A program made the position numbers and the translations under genes. A stretch of DNA of 64,000 nucleotides from a virus: positions 1 to 64,000 of IMG/VR virus record IMGVR_UViG_3300025085_002722; one strand, 5' to 3'. Positions 60,526-64,000 of this stretch are shown here, piece by piece. The notes under the pieces were generated by a model. The model was not told the origin of the DNA. It was given only the letters and a program-made list of their open reading frames with translations, and made no database searches. Position 1 is the first letter of the stretch, and each line of letters starts with the position of its first letter.

Positions 60526-62226
60526 ATGGCTGTTAAATCATATATCGTATCGTTTGAACACGAACACATAGATGGTGATTCTGTTTCTTTTGACCAGTCT
60601 GCAACAGAAACTGCACTTACGGGTGCAGGTGCAACAATAGATAGTAGTTTTGATCATGCTAAGTCTGGTATGTATAAAATTAGTATCGACGAGACTAACA
60701 TAAGTAGCATTTCATCACTAACAGGTTACGTTGCATCAGAGAATGTAACGGACCAAGCAGATGCCACACTATTAATTAGTGAAGCAACAAGCGAATGGCA
60801 CAAACAAAGAATAGTAACTAGAAACTTACCACTAAGAACAACTTTTGACCCTGTATATACAGGAAATAACTCAGTAGTATATCTAATGGACAGTGGTGTT
60901 GACCAAGGTCACCCAGAGTTCTCAGGAAAAAGTTTTGAACCTATATATTCAGTAATGGAATCACCCGGTGGATTTGCTGAATTTATAGAAGACGGCAACG
61001 CCGGTACAGATTTTGATACATCAGACAAACACGGTCATGGAACAGCAATGGCTAGTTTAATCAATGGTGCTACATACGGTGTAGCCGGAGATGCCACAAT
61101 AGGAATTGTTAAAATTTCCGACCCTTCAGTAGATGGCGGTGCTATCAAATTAGAAAATGTACTAAATGCCTTTAAAGCAATAAGATTAGCAGACATTAAC
61201 TTTCTTGATGAGGGTGGGTCAACTTATACTAATGCACCAACTGTATGCATGGCATGGAGTTTTCCAAAATCACAAGTACTAGACAGATATGTTTCCTTAA
61301 TGCAAAATCGCGAAGGCTTCTTAATGGTTGCCGCGGCAGGTAACAACGGTGGAGATGTTGATAATTATTCACCAGCAGGCATTAACGAAATTTTAACAGT
61401 AGGCGCAAGTGACAGTTCAGATAACGTACCTTCATTCTCAAATGATGCAGGTGCTATCGTAGAACAAGGTACTGGACTACAAACAAACGGTGGTGAAGAA
61501 GTCGATGTATTTGCTCCAGGTGTTGCAGTAAACTATGCAGACATCAGCAATAGATTAAATGACAGCGATTACACAGGCGTTACAGGCGATGATCTAAAAA
61601 CTACAGGTAGTGGAACAAGTATATCTTGTGCCATAGTTGCAGGTATGGGTGCTATGTCTTCTGAAAGATTTGGAAGTAGTAGAGCAACAGGAAATGCACT
61701 CAAAGAACTAGTTATTGAACAATCATTAACTGGACTACTTTTCCAAGATCCAGGATTATACAGCAGTACACCAAATAACATCGTGTTTGCAGAAAACGAA
61801 TATTATGCAACTGTATGGAATACAGCCGCTGGTAACTTAGGAGACTTTTTACTTACAGGTGCTGGCGATATTGATATTAGTTTAGATGTTGCTAATACTG
61901 TAACAGAAATTACTAGTTCAGAATTTGCCGCAATGCCACCAGCATTAGAATTAAATGGTAATGCGTCAACCGGTTGGAATATTACAGCAAATACCAGTGT
62001 AACAGGTACTATGAGTAATACAACAATATATAACTTTATTCTAACTGCAACTAAAAGCGATAACACAAAATATAACAGACACTTTTCAGTAAGTTTATTT
62101 GGTGGTAGCGAAATTACAGAAGACGAAAGAACTGCAGGTAATGAAACATACTTTGTAAACGACGGCGGAACATTAAGTGAAGTTGTTTATGGCTCAGGTC
62201 AGTATGCAGGTAGACAGTTAAAATAA
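60526..62226 (+). CDS. Subtilisin-like S8 serine peptidase with prodomain and C-terminal beta extension
   Basis: Catalytic triad LMDSGV, HGHGT and SGTSIS; oxyanion AAAGN; VDVFAPG. Confidence 0.93.
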   Translation: MAVKSYIVSFEHEHIDGDSVSFDQSATETALTGAGATIDSSFDHAKSGMYKISIDETNISSISSLTGYVASENVTDQADATLLISEATSEWHKQRIVTRNLPLRTTFDPVYTGNNSVVYLMDSGVDQGHPEFSGKSFEPIYSVMESPGGFAEFIEDGNAGTDFDTSDKHGHGTAMASLINGATYGVAGDATIGIVKISDPSVDGGAIKLENVLNAFKAIRLADINFLDEGGSTYTNAPTVCMAWSFPKSQVLDRYVSLMQNREGFLMVAAAGNNGGDVDNYSPAGINEILTVGASDSSDNVPSFSNDAGAIVEQGTGLQTNGGEEVDVFAPGVAVNYADISNRLNDSDYTGVTGDDLKTTGSGTSISCAIVAGMGAMSSERFGSSRATGNALKELVIEQSLTGLLFQDPGLYSSTPNNIVFAENEYYATVWNTAAGNLGDFLLTGAGDIDISLDVANTVTEITSSEFAAMPPALELNGNASTGWNITANTSVTGTMSNTTIYNFILTATKSDNTKYNRHFSVSLFGGSEITEDERTAGNETYFVNDGGTLSEVVYGSGQYAGRQLK

Positions 62227-62240
62227 AATATTTTTTATAA

Positions 62241-62270
62241 AAAAGTAGGCTGGGAACAGCCTATTTTTTT
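62241..62270 (+). terminator. Rho-independent terminator
   Basis: TAGGCTG-GGAA-CAGCCTA (GNRA loop) followed by T7. Confidence 0.85.
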
Positions 62271-62293
62271 GACCGCACAAAATAAATACTACT

Positions 62294-62770
62294 GTGGAAA
62301 CAACCAATATATCATTTGAAACTATTTGTCATGTGTGGCAAAAACATTTATGGCAAAATAGAGTAAGTCCAATTGAAACTCATAGTGCAATGACTTGGCC
62401 ATTTGACGGCAATCCATTAGAATACGATATGGATATTTTTAATTATACACCAACTTTTTTTGCTATCTTTCTAAGGCAAGAGATAGTAGGAGTAAACAGC
62501 GGACACAGAACAAAGGATAATATCTATAGAAGCAGAGGTATATGGGTACGACCCGAATACAGAAAAAGAGGTATATCGACAATGTTATTTGATGCTACAG
62601 AAAAACAAGCAATCAAAGAAGGTTGCAATATGATATGGAGCATACCTCGTAAAAGTGCCTTACCGGCATATACTAAATTTGGCTTTGAAACTGTAGGTAA
62701 CTATTTTGACGAAGGCATGGAGTTTGGGCCTAACATATATGTAACCAAGGAACTAAATGTATCCAACTAA
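62294..62770 (+). CDS. GNAT acetyltransferase
   Basis: RGIWVRPEYRKRGIS, ALPAYTKFGF; ATAAATA-ctact-GTG. Confidence 0.85.
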   Translation: METTNISFETICHVWQKHLWQNRVSPIETHSAMTWPFDGNPLEYDMDIFNYTPTFFAIFLRQEIVGVNSGHRTKDNIYRSRGIWVRPEYRKRGISTMLFDATEKQAIKEGCNMIWSIPRKSALPAYTKFGFETVGNYFDEGMEFGPNIYVTKELNVSN

Positions 62771-63779
62771 AGTACATGGACCTAGACCAGAGGTACTGTC
62801 GAAAGATATCACTATACAATGGAGTATGGGCAATAGTTGTAACTTTGAATGTGAATACTGCCCCGCACAATTACATGATGGCAGTTTAGGTTGGCACGAT
62901 ACAAGTAAGTATATAGACATTATAGAAAAAATATGTAAACACTATCAAGAACAAGACAAAGTAGTAAACTTTGAATTTATTGGCGGCGAAGTTACAGTTA
63001 TACCTGGCTTTATAGAAATATTAGAAAAAGTAAAAGAGTACAACGGGCACAATATAATTTTTACAAATGGTAGCAGAACAGTTAATTGGTGGAGCAAAGC
63101 AAAACATTTAATTGATGATTTAGTGATCAGTTACCACCCACAATCAATGGACGAAGATTCGCTGATAGAAATCGCTGAAGAAATAAAAGACTCGGTGTAT
63201 ACAAGTTATCAACTAGCAGGTGTAAAAGATTACTTACCAAGACTAGAACTGTTAGCAGAGAGGCTTAGAACAGTATATAAGCATAGTACAGTACAGGACT
63301 ACTGGGGTGTTAATATTGCAATCAAAACCATGTATAAAAAACTATTAGGTCCTGGTGCTAAACAAGATACATTTTATGACTATAGTGGCAATGATTGGCG
63401 TATATTAAATTTACCCACATGGAAAGAAAATCCAGACACACCTCCGCCACCGCCGCCAGATCCAAATGCTCCGCCTCCACCAGAGCCACATCCAAGTAGA
63501 TTTTTATTCACATACCAGACACCTGAAGAAACAAACTACTACAATGCAGATCAAATTATGGATCAAGGACTAAACAAATTTCAGGGCATGATGTGTCATA
63601 TAGGCGAGCGAGGTTTTAATATCGACATGCGTGGCAATATTGTTAGCAGTTGGTGTGGTGCTAAAACATATGGTAATGTGTTTGAATCTGATTTTGAATT
63701 GCCGACACCCGAAGGCGTAGTTTGTCCACATGAGCATTGTAATAATCCCAAAGATATTCAAATACTCAAAACTGCCTAA
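62757..63779 (+). CDS. Radical SAM enzyme with C-terminal Cys cluster (Twitch/SPASM-like)
   Basis: CNFECEYC, GGEVT, TNGS; C-terminal C..IDMRGNI..WC...GNV...CPHEHC. Confidence 0.9.
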   Translation: MYPTKVHGPRPEVLSKDITIQWSMGNSCNFECEYCPAQLHDGSLGWHDTSKYIDIIEKICKHYQEQDKVVNFEFIGGEVTVIPGFIEILEKVKEYNGHNIIFTNGSRTVNWWSKAKHLIDDLVISYHPQSMDEDSLIEIAEEIKDSVYTSYQLAGVKDYLPRLELLAERLRTVYKHSTVQDYWGVNIAIKTMYKKLLGPGAKQDTFYDYSGNDWRILNLPTWKENPDTPPPPPPDPNAPPPPEPHPSRFLFTYQTPEETNYYNADQIMDQGLNKFQGMMCHIGERGFNIDMRGNIVSSWCGAKTYGNVFESDFELPTPEGVVCPHEHCNNPKDIQILKTA

Positions 63780-63804
63780 AACCCCTACTAAATCAATAAC
63801 ATAA

Positions 63805-63812
63805 TATAAATA
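63805..63812 (+). promoter_or_regulatory. Late promoter
   Basis: Perfect TATAAATA after the radical SAM stop. Confidence 0.6.
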
Positions 63813-63935
63813 GACTGTATAAAAGGATATAACTTACTTTTATATTATTTTTGCCCACATTCAAGATAAAATTTTAATAACATGCTAGGTTGTATGTTGT
63901 GATATCCTATTTATGGGCACATACAACAGACAAAG

Positions 63936-64000
63936 ATGGAAAAACTTAGAGACAAAGCAGAGTTATTTACACTCATATCAGTATTCTTATTCAGCATTAT
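63936..64000 (+). CDS. Start of a possible membrane protein (runs off window)
   Basis: MEKLRDKAELFTLISVFLFSI; another frame from ATG 63913 is also open to the edge. Confidence 0.35.
   Translation, partial: MEKLRDKAELFTLISVFLFSI

Noticed and set aside
1507-63761. Many 60-140 aa ORFs antisense to or nested in long genes
   Set aside because: They are shadow frames of well-supported genes, with no promoter, SD or motif.
1-64000. Stop-codon reassignment, tRNA genes or diversity-generating retroelement
   Set aside because: Genes read full-length in the standard code and end in TAA, TAG or TGA; no cloverleaf, reverse transcriptase or TR/VR pair was seen by eye.

Overview
A 64 kb, AT-rich, densely coding segment of a large T4-related (jumbo-type) myovirus genome, mostly on the + strand and read in the standard code. 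It carries neck, tail and packaging genes (gp13/14/15, sheath gp18, tube gp19, gp4, terminase). Recombination and replication genes are gp32, UvsX/Y/W, primase, helicase, a gp62-like gene and a very small DnaE-like gene. Nucleotide and cofactor genes are a dNMP kinase, metK, apt, thyX, two MazG-like genes, nrdAB, a NUDIX hydrolase and a class III cyclase. There is also a ~17 kb late block of probable capsid-internal proteins and a PP-loop/subtilisin/GNAT/radical-SAM cluster. I found no tRNA, rRNA, CRISPR array or mobile element. Main observations: (1) a late promoter grammar, ATAAATA-N4-Y-A(+1), in which +1 is the first base of the start codon at 13 sites, implying leaderless mRNAs, one of them inside a 2222-aa ORF. 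(2) Eight late proteins share an N-terminal M[KR]-hydrophobic-x-[DE]-hydrophobic tag and carry enzyme cargo (RNA-ligase-like, amidoligase, PD-(D/E)xK nuclease, eukaryote-type Cu/Zn SOD, ParB/Srx-like) in modules bounded by xxE sites, suggesting packaged, protease-processed polyproteins. (3) Miniaturised or degenerate host enzymes: a 191-aa DnaE core that keeps three catalytic Asp, and a glycine decarboxylase-like protein lacking its PLP lysine. All assignments come from motif recognition by eye; no searches were run.
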